A model generated the notes under the pieces. It was given only the letters and a program-made list of their open reading frames with translations, did no database searches and was not told the origin of the DNA. This document shows, in pieces, positions 23,166 through 37,277 of a stretch of 64,000 bases of DNA; positions within the stretch are counted from its first letter, which is position 1, and every line of letters begins with the position of its first letter. The stretch is taken from assembly GCF_964204645.1 (NCBI RefSeq), contig NC_134026.1, positions 6,037,950 to 6,101,949 on the forward strand, read 5' to 3'. Made by a program: the position numbers and the translations under genes. This DNA comes from Tubulanus polymorphus. Taxonomy: Eukaryota; Animalia; Nemertea.

Positions 23166-26089
23166 ATCACAGATGTCAGCACTGAGCTATGCAATGGTTC
23201 CAGCCTTACAACTACCTACTAGAACTACTACTACTACTACACAGTAATTTACAGCTTTTTCAACTAAACGCAAATTACAAAAGAGACGGAAGAGAAACGA
23301 AGAAGAGCCATTCACAAGGTCTCAACAAGAGTATAGAATTTCACTAAATATTGCTCTTCTTCGCTGAGCTTTTTATTTTCCAGATGACAGTAATTGTCGT
23401 CGCGTTCATTATTTTTGTGCGGTTTTACTTCTTCTAACGACGTATTATATAGTCATCGATTGGGGATTTTTTTCGAGAAACGACGGATGATGTTTTTCCC
23501 TGCTCTGGAACAACGGTTTTTGTGCAATGCTTAGTCCTGTGTGTGTGTATAAGTGTGTACGCGTGCGTGCGTGCGTGATATGAAAAAATAAGAACACTGA
23601 CCATTCCGCAAGATGATGAAAATTGGATGCATTACGAATTGCAGTGCATAAAGCATTTTGTTATGCACATGATGTTTATCATTAGTATGTGCTATTAGTA
23701 GCTGCGCTGTAGTCCAGCTTATAATTTAAAACAGTTGGTTAGAGATATCTGTTATTAGACATATATTGATTTGTTGTTCGCTTAAAATTTCGATAATATT
23801 AATTGATACTTGCTAGTTGTTTTGTGAGACACGGTTTTTTTGTTTGTTAATCCATTTCCAGTTGTTCTTAAAGAGCCATTGGTGTTGTTTTAATTAACCA
23901 TATCCGTAAATCCGGCGGTTGCGTTTTCTAGGTATTCGTCTACCTATCTAGTTATTAGATTATGTGTCCTAATTATTTATCCAGTTCATCTGGAAATGGT
24001 TCAAATTTGTGTTAAACCTGAAATTGAGGACTATGTTATAATATCCGATATACATGTTCATGTATATTTCTATTTAGCGGGATACGTATGCGCAATAGCT
24101 GTATCGGGACTTGACGCCATTCGGGGTGAATACTATCATAATAATCTATACCAGTGAAAAGCATCCTGAACAAAGAAAAGAAAAAAAAGTAACTCAAAAA
24201 CCTTAACGATTTTTCGATCGAAAAATAGCGACGAGTCAAACAAACGATCTATACATTCCAATACACTGAAAGCAAACGAACGCACTTTCAGAAAAGAAAG
24301 ACGAAAATCCGGTTGGTATTTTTATCTCTGACGGAATGGTATATTAGAATTTGTGTATTTGTTTGTTCTCTGGTTGTAATATTACGACGTAGTATTCGAG
24401 CTTTATACTTTTAGTTTGCATTTTGTCTTTCTAACGCCTGCGTGCGTGCTTTTGTGTTTGTTTTCATATTATTATGTCATCGAGGGACGAGTTCCGCGTA
24501 TTATTACGTCCGTCGTTTGTTGTATATCATACGATAGTATTTGCTTTTTTTTTTGTTTTTGTTTTTTTCTCCCTAATATTATCTAGTTGCGTTTTTCAAA
24601 CATAATTGTGCCATCAAAAAAATTACGATTCATATCTCCTACCGAATATTATCGATTTAAGTGTGCCATGCGTCCGCATCAAACATAATTTTTATGGCAT
24701 TTCGTTGGTGGCTAATTCAATTTGGCCGATATTTTTTGCCATTTTCATTTAAGCGTAATTCTATATCAAAATATTCATTTTATGCATTTTATTGTCCGAT
24801 TAGTTGTATTTCAAGTCTGAATTCCTTATTTAAAATGTTTTTTTTCTCGCAATCTCAATCATGTAATTCAAAATTTACGACTAACACTAGTAGCATTGTC
24901 AAAATGTCTGCCAGTACGTAGTTACTGTATTTCTAGTTTGGTCGGAAATACTGTTTTGTTTATCTTACCGTTCGTGAAAAGTCAGATCTAACCCGAATGT
25001 TTTCATTTGGCCATCGGTAATTATTATCAAGGTATCTTCTATTTGTTGTCAATTCTAGCGTGAACTGGCACAGAGAGACTAGAATCATTAATCAATGCTT
25101 TATTCCTTAATTTCGTTGTTGCTCGATAGGAATGTTACCTCGTTTTTGATTTTGCGTTGGCTATGAAAAAATCCTACTGCTGTTAATCTTCTGAAATTTC
25201 ACGCGAACTTATGCGTTTTAATTAGTTTTGAAAAATCGTATATAACCAATAGTATTCATTTAATAAGTTAAAAAAACGTAATTTGACTATGAAATACTCA
25301 TTGCATTGCTGGCGTATTGGGTCTTCATGCGAGTGTCATGTCATGGAATTTGACAATCTTTTTTTGTGGAATAACATTAGTTGTAGTAGGGATTATTCTG
25401 ATTTTCGTGAAATAGGCTTCGTTAATATCGGCCACCGATGTGATATATATTCTGTAATGGATAAACCCTATGTTATTCCTTGAATAGCAGCTTTCCTTGT
25501 CATTTTTTAAGTCACGATAGCATTTTTCTTGCCGTACATCGGCTTTAAAGGTATCATGGACTGAAAAATTTGAATATCTTTCTTTCTTATTATTAATTGA
25601 TGATTATTAATTCATCTTCCCTCTATGGCAAGGAAAAAGTTGTCGGTCATTTACACAAGTAACAAATCATCAAGAATATGACAAGGAAAACTTGGCCATT
25701 GCATTATTAACAGGGCTCAGATAACTTAATGAGGTATCTATCCTTAAAGACTATATGTATACCAGATTGTAATTGAATGGCTTAGAAGAAGAAATTTAAG
25801 TTCCAGCCCGAAGTTTATATCCACAGCGAAATCCGCTCTAAGTTAGTAGTAGGTTCCACATCTTACAATCAAAAAACGAAAAACGTTATAATCTCGTCGT
25901 CAAGGGTAGAGACAAGTTCAAATTTTTTTCAGCCATGACTTCGAAATCATTGCATTTGCCATATTGTTTACTTTGTGCCATAAAAAAAAACAGAAAAGAA
26001 ATAATCTCTCGGACTGCTTTATATAATCCATAGTCTGCGTGTTGAATCCACCTAGTTTTATTACTCCATATTTTATGGTTCTTGTCTGA

Positions 26090-26091
<2 letters not shown>

Positions 26092-26156
<65 letters not shown>
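26092..26156. repeat. (TA)n microsatellite
   Basis: About 32 perfect dinucleotide units; the source of the YIYIYI ORFs. Smaller TA tracts at ~27416-27463 and ~33550-33600. Confidence 0.97.
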
Positions 26157-26157
<1 letters not shown>

Positions 26158-27975
26158 TGCCATGCTGTATAACAATAACTGTAGTCACCTGCGATATCCT
26201 CGACACGACTACGCGATGTCCGCTCGTTTCGTTCGCCGCGTTCGCGGGCGGCTCTTTTTCGACCAGCGGGAAAAAAGGACGAAAAATAACCGACGGAAAG
26301 TACGAAAAACAGTTTTTCCTAAAGTGCCAATAATTACGTAATACGTATTTTTTTATGTCTGCCGAAATTCAGTACATTTATATATATACATGATATATAA
26401 ACGTAACAGTATTATATTATCGAAGGTAATCATTCATATCTGCCTCGTGTTTGGTATATTTTAGTCAGTCGCTTCTCGACGTTGTATATTGACACGTGCT
26501 AACGTTAATGTATACACCATCGATGATGACGACGATGATGATAAACTCATAATAATAATTAAAGATGTAGATATGTAGATATTTCATACTAACAATAATA
26601 ATAATAATATAGCGAGATAAAAATGTGAGTATTTTACCGGTATGCAACAGCTTCGGGTTGACCTGTAACGTTGAATGTTTTTGATGTGAGATATTGTGTA
26701 TTACAGTCAACTTCAGTTAATCACGCGGTGAAAATGCGGATTGGGTGTAACATTACGCGAGGAGGAATTTTTACAAGTGAATAAACATGAATTTCGTGCA
26801 ATTAATTGAAACCCTTGGAAAATGAAACAGTGGGTGACAGAACCGGAAGTCTTGAGTATATTCGTAGCCGGATGATTGTCCGGTAACTATTGTAGTATAC
26901 TAGTAGGTAGAAGAAGTCCCTATTTGGCGGAAATATGATTGATTTTTTTACCGCATTGCGTGCAAATTTGCTGAGATTCGCAAGAAGTTATTATTGAACG
27001 TTTTTAATTGAAAATCGATCGCCAGTCGGGATGTGCAAATTACTTTATTTAATTTAAATTTTTTAAGACATATGGATAGATAAGATCTAGATTAACCGGA
27101 GTTGACTGTAGTTTTGTTGTCGTGGTATCTCTAAGTGGATGGTTCATTCGTTTAATGTGTGGATTGATATATTTCTGATACGCTGAGATTGCGAGTGTCT
27201 GATGAGGTATGATCGGCGTGTCGCCGTATACGAGTGCTAGGGGTTTGCGCGAACAGGCGGAAATTTTTTAGTTTTTCTATGAAATCCGGTCATTTATCGC
27301 AGGTGACTATTGAGTATCTTCATTGCTCATTCCTCTCGCTCTGTAATATTCAATGGTACAATGACTCGAAAATTGTAATACGAAACTGTGTTATTTTTTA
27401 TTTATATAAGTATAGATATATATATATATAGATATATATAGATATATATGTATATATATATATTTAATTATTGTTGTCGCGAAAACGACGATAATAGTAA
27501 TCAACCATATAAATGTGCTTCTCTGGGCATTCCGAAAAAAAATCGCGAAAAATATCGTGTCATATCATTGTCTCTGATCATAATGCAATTCGAATTGATA
27601 TTGAAATGAATTAGTGTTGTCTCTTCCTAAAATAGTAGTTGAAAAGTCTGACGTATGTCGTCTGCCAGTCGTTGATGGGAATACACGCTTTGAAAATTTT
27701 TGTCTGTGATTTTATTCATTTTGCCAAAACGATTCGGCTGGCAGACGACGCGTTTCGGCTCTTCGAACTGCGAAGTCTGTGTGTCTGCTGATAAGAAATA
27801 AGAAAAAAAAGAAAAAATTTCCGAATTTTTTTGTAATCTGTTTGTGTATGTATACGTATTAATGCTGCACACACAAAATGTACGTCCATGTTACGGTAAA
27901 TATGTGTTTTAAAGGCGATCGCACACTCTTAGGGATGCAGCGTTGTCCCGTGTAATACTTTTTGGAATGGATCCT

Positions 27976-28115
27976 GGGGCCGGTTGCATAGTCATGGCTT
28001 AGACTTAAGACCAGTCTAAGACCAACTTAGTTCTATAGCCATTCTAACAACTTAAGACCAGTCTTAACATTTAATACCTCATTTAGACTTGAGTCACGAC
28101 TGTGCAACTGGCCTC
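27976..28115. mobile_element. Short MITE with ~25-bp imperfect TIRs
   Basis: GGGGCCGGTTGCATAGTCATGGCTTAG ... TTGAGTCACGACTGTGCAACTGGCCTC; internal TTAAGACCAGTCT duplications. Confidence 0.7.
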
Positions 28116-31100
28116 TACTTACCAGAAGCGTCATTCTTAAGGCTTGTGGGTATGCATGTGTGCGCCTGTGCGGTCACCGTGTACGTAGACATTGGAAAAA
28201 AAAATAGTATCCGTCTTTCTGAGTCATAAATGTCATAAACAAAAAATATGGCGACATCACTATCTCTCTCTGCATACACCTGCAGCCTACTGTATGTTAT
28301 ATATGATTTGAAATATCCACGAAACAAAAAAAAAACTTGTAGTAAATATTTTAAGAGATCTGATTTTATATTTGCTCCCTGCTTGTTGTCGCTGGCAAAT
28401 CGTCGGCCACCATTGTTTAATATAATATGTATATAATAATGTGTATCACAAAATGCTCACATAAAATGATCCTCCTTCGCAGGGGCGAGAACGTTTTGAC
28501 ATACACTGCCACGGTACGTGCCCGTGCCCGGTAGACCAGGTGTTCAGTTATCGTTAAGGATGCGTTATGCATCCCTGTCACCTCGTAGACCAAGGTAGGC
28601 TAGGTCCAATCAGATCCCCTGTTTTTAAATTCACTCGTTGACCTAATAGAACATGATTTCTGATTGGCCAGCGGTGATGTCATAATCGTAACAGCGCACC
28701 TGGCGGGCCTTTTGCAGTTTGGTTTCACCGGCATCGGCTTGTAATCCCTGCATCGGAGGATGACGTATAAATTATAAATAGAATATTCAAATATGAAATT
28801 CAATTTTTTTTAAAGTCGAGTGCAATAGGAATTACGATGAGAGAGTTGTTTGTTGATGATGAATGGTCCACCCAAATTTTTTGAGAAACGTCAAATGCCA
28901 GAAATTGATGCCATCAAATTGAACAAAAACGTTTTCATTCGTTTGATTCAGTCGAATAGGGGTGAGGCCGATTTCTTGGGTGAATTTAAGGAAAAAGAGA
29001 GTGCGGCCATCTTATGATACTACTTCTGAATTTTTTTTTTTTACATCAAAAAGAAAGAAAAGCAATAAATCTTGCCTTGAATCGATCAATCAATGCATTA
29101 GTTAGGTACGTCTATCTCTCAATGGAAGCAGGGTTGATTTTCGATTAAGTATTTTATACTCAGTAGTTCAACTACATCACTTTAGCGTTCCCTTCAAAAA
29201 AATAGTTTTTTTTTAAATGGGGACAGACGGACACAGAAAAAGGAATGTATAATATTCAAAAGTAATAGATAAATAATGTGTACTTCATTTTTCGGAGCGA
29301 ATTTGAATGTACTTAAACGAACAATTTTCAACGCGTTTATTCGTTATAATCGGAATGTGAAGCGTTCAGTTTGTGGTTGCTTTTATTTGAGATACTGTAT
29401 GTATTTTGTGTGATGTACTTGCAATTGAAAAAGAAAAAAAAAACATAGATTTTTATCGATGACAACACATCTATGGTCGAATGCACATTTTTTTTGACGG
29501 CGACGAGAAGTGTAATTTGACACGGTAAACTTTGCCTGTGATATATGATAAAATTTGTACCCTCCCCCCATCGTCAGATGTACAGTCCATGCTACCAGAT
29601 CACGTAATATTCCCCCTCTACTGCGATCACGTAAGAGACGGCTTGGTTCGTTTTTTCTTTCGCTCTTCGTTGAAATGTTTTAAATCTCGAGTCGAATTAA
29701 ACCGACGCGTTTGATCGAATTTTTAAAATTCCTGCTTTAGTGTCGAGGGATTTGACTCTTGAATTTAAATATGCCTCGGGTCACTAATTTCGTATCGGTG
29801 CTCCCAATTTAATCCACATTTAGGGAACCAAGCCTTCGATACCTTTAGTTATTTTCGAAAAAACTACTTATTAATAATGTCTGTGTGTTTTTATTTTTGC
29901 GGTTCTATAACTTTCATTCACCAACTCAACTATTATGTGCTTATTTGTTGTTTGTTTATGGGGAATTATGTAAGTTGGTGTATATGCATCCCATCTGGCA
30001 TGGTATGGTACCATTATTTGGGTATTAAGGTACAATGTTTTGACATCAATGCACCTAATGCAAACCAATGCATTTTGTTCTACTGCCTGTAGTATGAATA
30101 TTGATAAGGTGGTGGATATATATAATGTTATATTCTTCAACTGCTTTTAAAAACCCGTGTGATAAACCTTCGTAGCAATTTAAGAAAAAAACCCTTAAAA
30201 CACTGTAAACATAACTATTAAAATGGTGTGATATTTGTTATATGAGAGAAACTCTGCGAGGGAAGAACGTAGGCTAAAAATGATGTTTGTCATTAGAAAT
30301 CAGAACAATCTACCCGGTTAAACAGAGGAAACCATGCACAACTCGGGACAAAAACTTAAAGCGCTGAATTTTTCTTCGATTTCGATAAAATGGCTTTTGA
30401 AAATGGACCGAGTTGGATGCTGACACAGTTAAAAGCAAAAGTTAAAAATTCAAATTTGAGATCAACTTATTAATTTGAGCAACGGACTGGCCTACTTAAT
30501 TATTTAAAGTTTGATCATTTGTTAAACCAGACCCTTGTTCCTATTCAGATGCAAGTTTATTAAGTAATATTACACAGGCCAGGAGTATGATTTTTGTGAA
30601 ATGACAAGCATTATTTTTCTTAAAATCCGATTCAGGATTATTCTTCGTAATGTTCACAAGTTCTTTGTTAAGTCAGTTTACTGGCACGAAGCAAAATTCG
30701 AGGAAAATTTATAGAAGAAAAAAAAGTACCAGTACAGATTCTGTTCATGATATTGATTTAACTGCATTTCACCGAGGAAATCCGTATTAACGTTAAAACA
30801 TGTATGAGAAATATTCGGTTTTCCCTTATGATGTATGTTTATTCCATCAAGTGTGCATTCTCTCCTGCTGACAAACGGTAATCACTCATCAATTCAATTT
30901 AGTATCGTAATATTTGAAATAGGTAAAAACTACAGTGACATGTCAGTCGAATACGTGAATGTTTCAGTTGGTGTTTTAAAGGAAAATTGTTTCATTTTTT
31001 TTTTTTTTCGGAAGAACGATTTTTTAGAATACGACATTGCACGCTAAGTAAGGTGTGACACAGTACAGTAAAATGTCTGCTGAATAATACATTAAATAAG

Positions 31101-33563
31101 AGATGCAACAATATGCTAGATGTTTATGCAAAACCTGTGATACACCTGCAAATCATATCAAGTATTAAAAACATTGGTGCTTGCCACCTTTATCCATTCT
31201 TAATGATAATTAAAAAAACCATCATTGCCTAATGTTCCAAGATTTTGTGGCATCGACGCCGTGCGGGCGTTTATGTTTGTTGTTTTATTTTCCGAAAAAT
31301 TAATCGAGTCTAATTAAAAGGAATACCGGTATAAAAAGTTTTGATCTGTATTAGTTGAATGTGAACATGCATATAACAATAATAATCTCTTAGTGTAAAT
31401 TTACGTTCAGAGATGGATTGATATGTCTATGCGTCTAACAGTATGTTCGCCCGAATGCGGGTGTGACTTGTTAAAAGAATCCTGTCATCGAATCCTAAAG
31501 AAAAACATGTTTTAGTAGTTCCGCTTTTGAAAAACGGTACGGTCAAAGTCCGTTTTAATGCTGTCATTCTTTTAAATGCCACTGCTCGCTTAACGCCATC
31601 AACATTTAACTCGAATTCAATGAATATCATACCATTCTTTATTGATTTTTTTGAAGTGTGCTGAAATATGAAAGATGTTACCAAAGGTCTTACCTTTGAT
31701 GACTGATTAATTTGAATATTTTCTATCATATTTCAATGAAATGTACTGTAAAAAAAATTAAAATTGTTATTGATAACGCTTATCAGAAGTTGGCAGCCCT
31801 GCAGTGGCATTATAAAGGATTTTTACTGTAGTTTCTTTTTTTAGATTCATTCATTCATTCCATCTCTGAACTGGCTTTCAGTTGCTGGTCATAACAGTAC
31901 AAAGTTCACTGTACATGAAGTATGTTGCTCACTTGTCTTAGGTCAGTTGTTTGTGAGGTTTGCACGACAACAGAATCGCTGTTCCCTCAATCGGAAAAAT
32001 TTTGCCATAGCCACTTACAATCAGAAGTAGAAATGAGTCCCGTGAAACATAATTTCTAGAATGTAGTGCTAAGTTAAGCCTTATTTCTTGATGGTGAAAT
32101 AGTCAAGTTTACGACAGATTTTCAGGACACTTTTAGTAGCCGTACTGAGTAGTTTGTCATCTGCTTTAAGCGAGTTGATACCAATCATATCAATCAACCA
32201 ATCCATGACAAAATAATTACGAAAAAAAAACCCGGTGCACAAACATTTTAATATCTGTTATATTTTGTACTCGACAGTATTAGTATCTCAGATTGAGAGA
32301 AAAGTCTTATACACATACAAGACTGCAGCCAACCAGTACCACAGTGGTCCACTTTTGAATTCAAATGTTTCAGAAAGATTTGAATAATTGCCACTTGACT
32401 GAACTTATTTTCTATTCATTATGTGGAACTGGTCTCTAAACGGCTGTGCTCAGTACGATGTGATTAATTATAATTGAACAGTATTGAAATTGATACACCT
32501 TCGATGGTCCCCGCTCGATTAAACAGTAGTCTCCTCTCAACTTGAATCGTTCTAAGTCAAATTAATATCCGACTTGAATACTGATATTCGAACCATTGCA
32601 AAAGTATACAAAATCAAATTTCCAGTAGTCGTCTGTATTAACTTCAACTTCAATACCCCCGTTTGAATGAACAGGCTTTTCTGTTGTTTTGGAAACCGAG
32701 GTCGTTGAACAAATGTTGTCTCTCTCATTCTGGGAATCTATTTCGCCTTGTTGGTGCGTGCTAGTAAGGCGGAGAGAAGAAACCTTTTTGATCTCTTATT
32801 TATGTATTTTATCATTCGTATATATCCACAGTATTAGAGAATCCTGTTTACGTAGAAGGCAAAACGAGTCTGAAGACGGCATATATTTTGCGTTCCGTTT
32901 GCGGCCCAAAATATGCCGGTCAACTGTGCGTGAATGAACGAAGTTATTTCGATATGAAAATCCACTTCCAAACTTGATAATTGTGATCGTTAGTGATTGC
33001 TCAAATCGAAAGTAAATCGATCAACTGAGATAGAAATAGACAAGCCGTTTGTAGTCTGTTGTATGATATATCTGGGAACAACACAAGCATTAATAACTGA
33101 ATCTGCTTTTTAGGCCACTTCGTAACTTGGTCTGTGTAATAATATGGTAAAGATGATATATGTATTTATATAATTCCGGTTAAATCCAGCACAATCTGTG
33201 TCTTATACACATTATTCAATTAATATGAGCAAATCAACTCGATGAGTGTCGTACGCCGAAAACCTCATGAAAAAATATTCATGATTTCTTGGTCGTACGT
33301 GCGGTATGTAAACATAAAGATTATCGATGTCCCTGTGGGCTTTCAGCTGTATACCGTATGGATATCTATTAGTGATCATTATGGCTATTTAGAATTGGAT
33401 AAGAAGCCTTGACAATGCACATTTTATGTATCATTACATGTAATAATGTACAGTTCATTTGATCTCTTTGAAATTTTAAATGTTTTTTTCGATCCTAGTC
33501 TTGTTTTAAAATCCTAGATGAACAGTCATTTCCATGCGTGGATACGACAATATATATAAATAT

Positions 33564-33601
<38 letters not shown>

Positions 33602-35288
33602 TTCTCTAGGTGCGTGTAATATTATTATAGTAGCTTGGCTTTGAGGTGAACTGCTTTCTTACAACTGTATTCTTAATTATGATCTTAAAAAGGCATAAAA
33701 TGCCATTTTCATGATGTTTGCTTTTTTTGTCGCTAATTATAATTAAAAAAAACATTTTTTTGTGTGTATGCATGTGCGGGCTATCATTTGTTCTATAATT
33801 TGTCAGTTTGACATCGAACAAACGCCTACGAAAAAAAGATGTAGTTAATAATGATATTATTTAGCTGTGTAAACACATAATGTTTTATTCCATCCTTGCC
33901 TTATACCCTCTCGGACTGTCTTCGAAAATTCCGTGTAAATTTACAAGTAATTGCGTGGAGATTCTTCATAGTTTTTAATATAAATTTAAGTTGGTGATTA
34001 GAAATCGCGTACAGCTGTGACTATATAGTACAATCGACGGTTCGAAGACAGTCTGTTGGGAAGTAATTTTTTGTTGTGATAATTCAGCTGTGTACGGTGT
34101 ATTGCAGCATGGCTTATTGACTTTGTGAAATTTTTGTGCTGTTGTGTCTAGGATTCGAGGTCTCTACGTTGCTGCAAGACACAATTTCAATGAACAAAAC
34201 ACACATTATGTAATGGAATAACCCTTTATTAAAGCTTCCACGCTTAAACTCACTTGTTATTTTCTTTTTTCGATGACTTTTAAGGTTCGATGTTCTATAT
34301 TTAACCAGTCTTTGGTCTTTGGCCATACTTTCTGCTCTGAGCCTGACAAAACTCTGCCAATGATAGAGTTACCAGGCCCATAGCATATCTGAAGTCATTG
34401 TTGGGAGGATCAAATTAATGACAACTTCATACTAATTGAATACTGGTACATATTGGGACCAAAAATGGCAGCGACGTAAGAAATGTTACAACTACTTACA
34501 TTAAGAGAGTGACTAGTGCCCACTCAAAGGCGAAGATCGTGAGGAAGAGGTCTAGAAAATACATGTATTCTTGCCACTAGCAATAGATGTCCAAGCACTA
34601 AGATCTGTTCACTCACTACCAGTAAATTCCTAATCTAAAACTGTGTACTTTATGTTGAATGAGCTGCTCCTTTTCTAATTCAATAGTCTTTTCAAGGGTG
34701 GATCAAGGATTCTTCGAAGGGGATGGACCTGAAAATTTGAATGGGTGTCGGATTTGAAAAGGGTACTTTTGGCTATGCAAGGGATGCAAGGGCGAAACAT
34801 TGGTGGGGGTTCTGTCGGACCTCCAACAGGAAACTTAGGACTGCAAGGAGCTTTACTGGTGCTTTTGGATTTATCGTGTCTATGAAAAATCTTTAAGAGG
34901 ACATTCGAATTTTGGGTGCCAAATCTGCCCTTGCTTGTAGGTTACATGTGAAACATAGTTAGTACCATATTACTTCCTGGAACCAATTATGCCATAATTT
35001 AACCCATCTATCCAGGTTCTATAAAAGATTTAACTGGTCTGAGTAGGTTCAAGCCAGATGTACTTGTCCTTAAGCCGGGGTTTACTTAAGGTCACCAGAA
35101 TTAATACCTGACAGAACAATAGTTTATTCCTTCAAAGTAAAAAGATAAAAGATGAATTCCTATATACAAAAGAATTAATTTATATATTTCTTGACACTTT
35201 ATATGATACAAAATGCTATATACAGTTCTCACGATGTAATAAACCTGACAATTATTCTAACACAAGTCACATAGGAAGATGAGAAGTG

Positions 35289-37277
35289 TCAGCTAGCTTT
35301 TTTCATTTGTTCTTCGATTTGTTTTTCCCTCATCCGATCCAGCCTACTAGCAGCTTTCACAATACTTGATTTCTGTAAATAGACATAAAAGAATGGGCTA
35401 CTTTATCATAAGATACGCGTAGGGTTTGAGAGGGATGAAGATAACTGCCTTCGATTGATAAAATTGTGCTTACAGCAGAAGGGTCCTCATGACGAAACAA
35501 CTCGGCCTGAAACAAATCAAAGCGATGCATTTCACTCAACGAGAAAGAACATTTCAAACAGGGGCTTGCCACATGATAGAGGATGGATGATAGCCAATAT
35601 CTGTATATAAAAAAAGAGTATATCCCTACAAGGATACTGGTATCATCCATTCACCAACATATCGTGACAAGCCCCTATGATATTTCATTGTTGGCTAGTA
35701 AAATTATCTGAAATCTTATAGGTGCGCTGCTAAATGCAAGATACTATAAACCACAAAGATCAGGTGAAGCCTTCTTGGGCGGCTAGTCGTCGCTCGTTGT
35801 TTGATATCGTTACTTACACGTTTTTCGATCATCCAACTTTCAAAAAATTCTGGTTGATTGAAATAATAAAACAATCCTATTGGAAATGTCATATACATCG
35901 CCATCTGGAAAGATATATGGTTATCATACATACATTACACAACCACAGGGGCTCGTTACGATAGCTGGGGGTCCAAAATCAAAGATTTGACCCAGTATCC
36001 TAGGTACCACCTATAAAAAAAGAAAAGGGAGCTAACATTTTGACATACAAGAATTGACCTTCTCATTTCAACCCCTCATAACTTCGTAACCGATCGACCG
36101 ATTTACACGAAATTAGATTCGTTTCATTCCCAAGAGGTGACTTTTTCGTTTGAGACCTTCCCCGATGAAATCGGACCGGAGACGCCCGAGAAATCACGAC
36201 TCAAATCCGAAAAAACGGGTCAAAATATCCAAAGCCGGAATTACTAGGACGGCTTGAAGTGCTCAATTTCCGACGAAAAATGATGATTTGACGCGGTTCC
36301 CGGACGTTAATCTTCACATATCATACATCGCTGGAAAGCTTATGAACTGACCTTATTGACAGACGCGTTTATTTGATAATCCGTTCCGATACCCGCGACT
36401 GGCGAGCTGATAATCCAGATTGATGCGATAAATACGATTTCCAAGTGTATTCCTGCCGCCATTAACTGCGTGACGTCATGAGAAATCCCAGCATGCAACG
36501 CTAGATAATTAACATATTCAGTCGACCAATCACGTATCGCGAATTTATCAGTCCTCAGAGCCCGTGACGTCACACCCTCAATGGCGGTTCAATGACGCTT
36601 AAGGTGCGTATTTATCGGTTCGGTGCGTATTATCACCTCGCTTGTCGCCGGTTTCGGAACGGATTATCAAATAAACGCATTTTTCAATAAGGTCAGTTCA
36701 TAAGCTTTCCAGCGATGTATGATATGTGAAGATTAACGTCCGGGAACCGCGTCAACTCATCGTTTTTCGTCGGGAATCGACTACTCCGAGACGTCCTAGT
36801 AATTCCGGCTTTGGCTATTTTGACTCGTTTTTTCGGATTTGAGTCGTGATTTCTCGGGTGTCTCTTATCCAATTTTGTCGCGGAAGGTCTTAAACGAAAA
36901 AGTAACCTCTTAGGAATGAAACGAAACCAATTTCGAGCGAATCGGTCGATGAGTTACGAAGTTATGAGCGATTGAAATGAGAAGGTCAATTCTAGTATGT
37001 CAAAATGTTAGCTCCCTTTTCTTTTTTTATAGGTGGTACCTAGGATACTGGGTCAAATCTTTGATTTTGGACCCCCAGCTATCGTAACGAGCCCCTGTGT
37101 ACACAACGGTAACGAATTCATTACGTAAATGTATGATTTCGTTAAGTTTATGTCGGTAATTAGTACGACAATCGAACCTCTCGAACATGTATTAAATAGG
37201 GGTTCACGATGTTATCACGTGGTTTCAGGCATTAACTATTGACTTACCTTAAATACCTCCAATTTCCATCCACCCAT
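35289..37277 (-). CDS. PET100: Cytochrome c oxidase assembly factor PET100 (77 aa), 4 exons
   Basis: Exons 37248-37277, 35818-35904, 35474-35506, 35289-35372 (all phase 0, GT-AG) give MGGWKLEVFKMAMYMTFPIGLFYYFNQPEFFESWMIEKRAELFRHEDPSAKSSIVKAASRLDRMREKQIEEQMKKAS, matching the PET100 N-terminal pattern KLE.F.M..Y.TFP...F...NQ.E.FE. Confidence 0.92.
35944..37099. mobile_element. Foldback-type non-autonomous DNA transposon (1156 bp) with ~500-bp TIRs and 8-bp TSD, in PET100 intron 1
   Basis: Termini CACAGGGG...CCCCTGTG. The outer ~105 bp are perfectly inverted and the inner arms progressively diverged. TSD TACACAAC at 35936-35943 and 37100-37107. Confidence 0.93.

Noticed and set aside
25886-26333. 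ORFs with YIYIYI tracts; likewise poly-N/poly-V ORFs at 47958-48341
   Set aside because: Translations of microsatellites.
26717-26740. TAATCACGCGGTGAAAATGC resembles miR-124
   Set aside because: The seed differs (AATCAC versus AAGGCAC) and no precursor hairpin is evident.
27197-27240. Hammerhead-like CTGATGAG followed by a good hairpin
   Set aside because: The stem is followed by GAGT instead of the invariant GAAA, and stems I/III cannot be formed.
28655-28690. CTGATTGG-N-TGATGTCA composite also present at ~60253 and in the jun promoter
   Set aside because: Recurs in unrelated contexts, probably repeat-associated; not called a regulatory site outside jun, and a caveat for the CCAAT part of the jun module.
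35944-35981. RSS-like look of the foldback end (CACAGGG + 22 bp + CCAAAATCA)
   Set aside because: Heptamer 6/7 and nonamer 6/9 only, identical at both ends, and the TSD is unambiguously 8 bp rather than the 5 bp of Transib/RAG.
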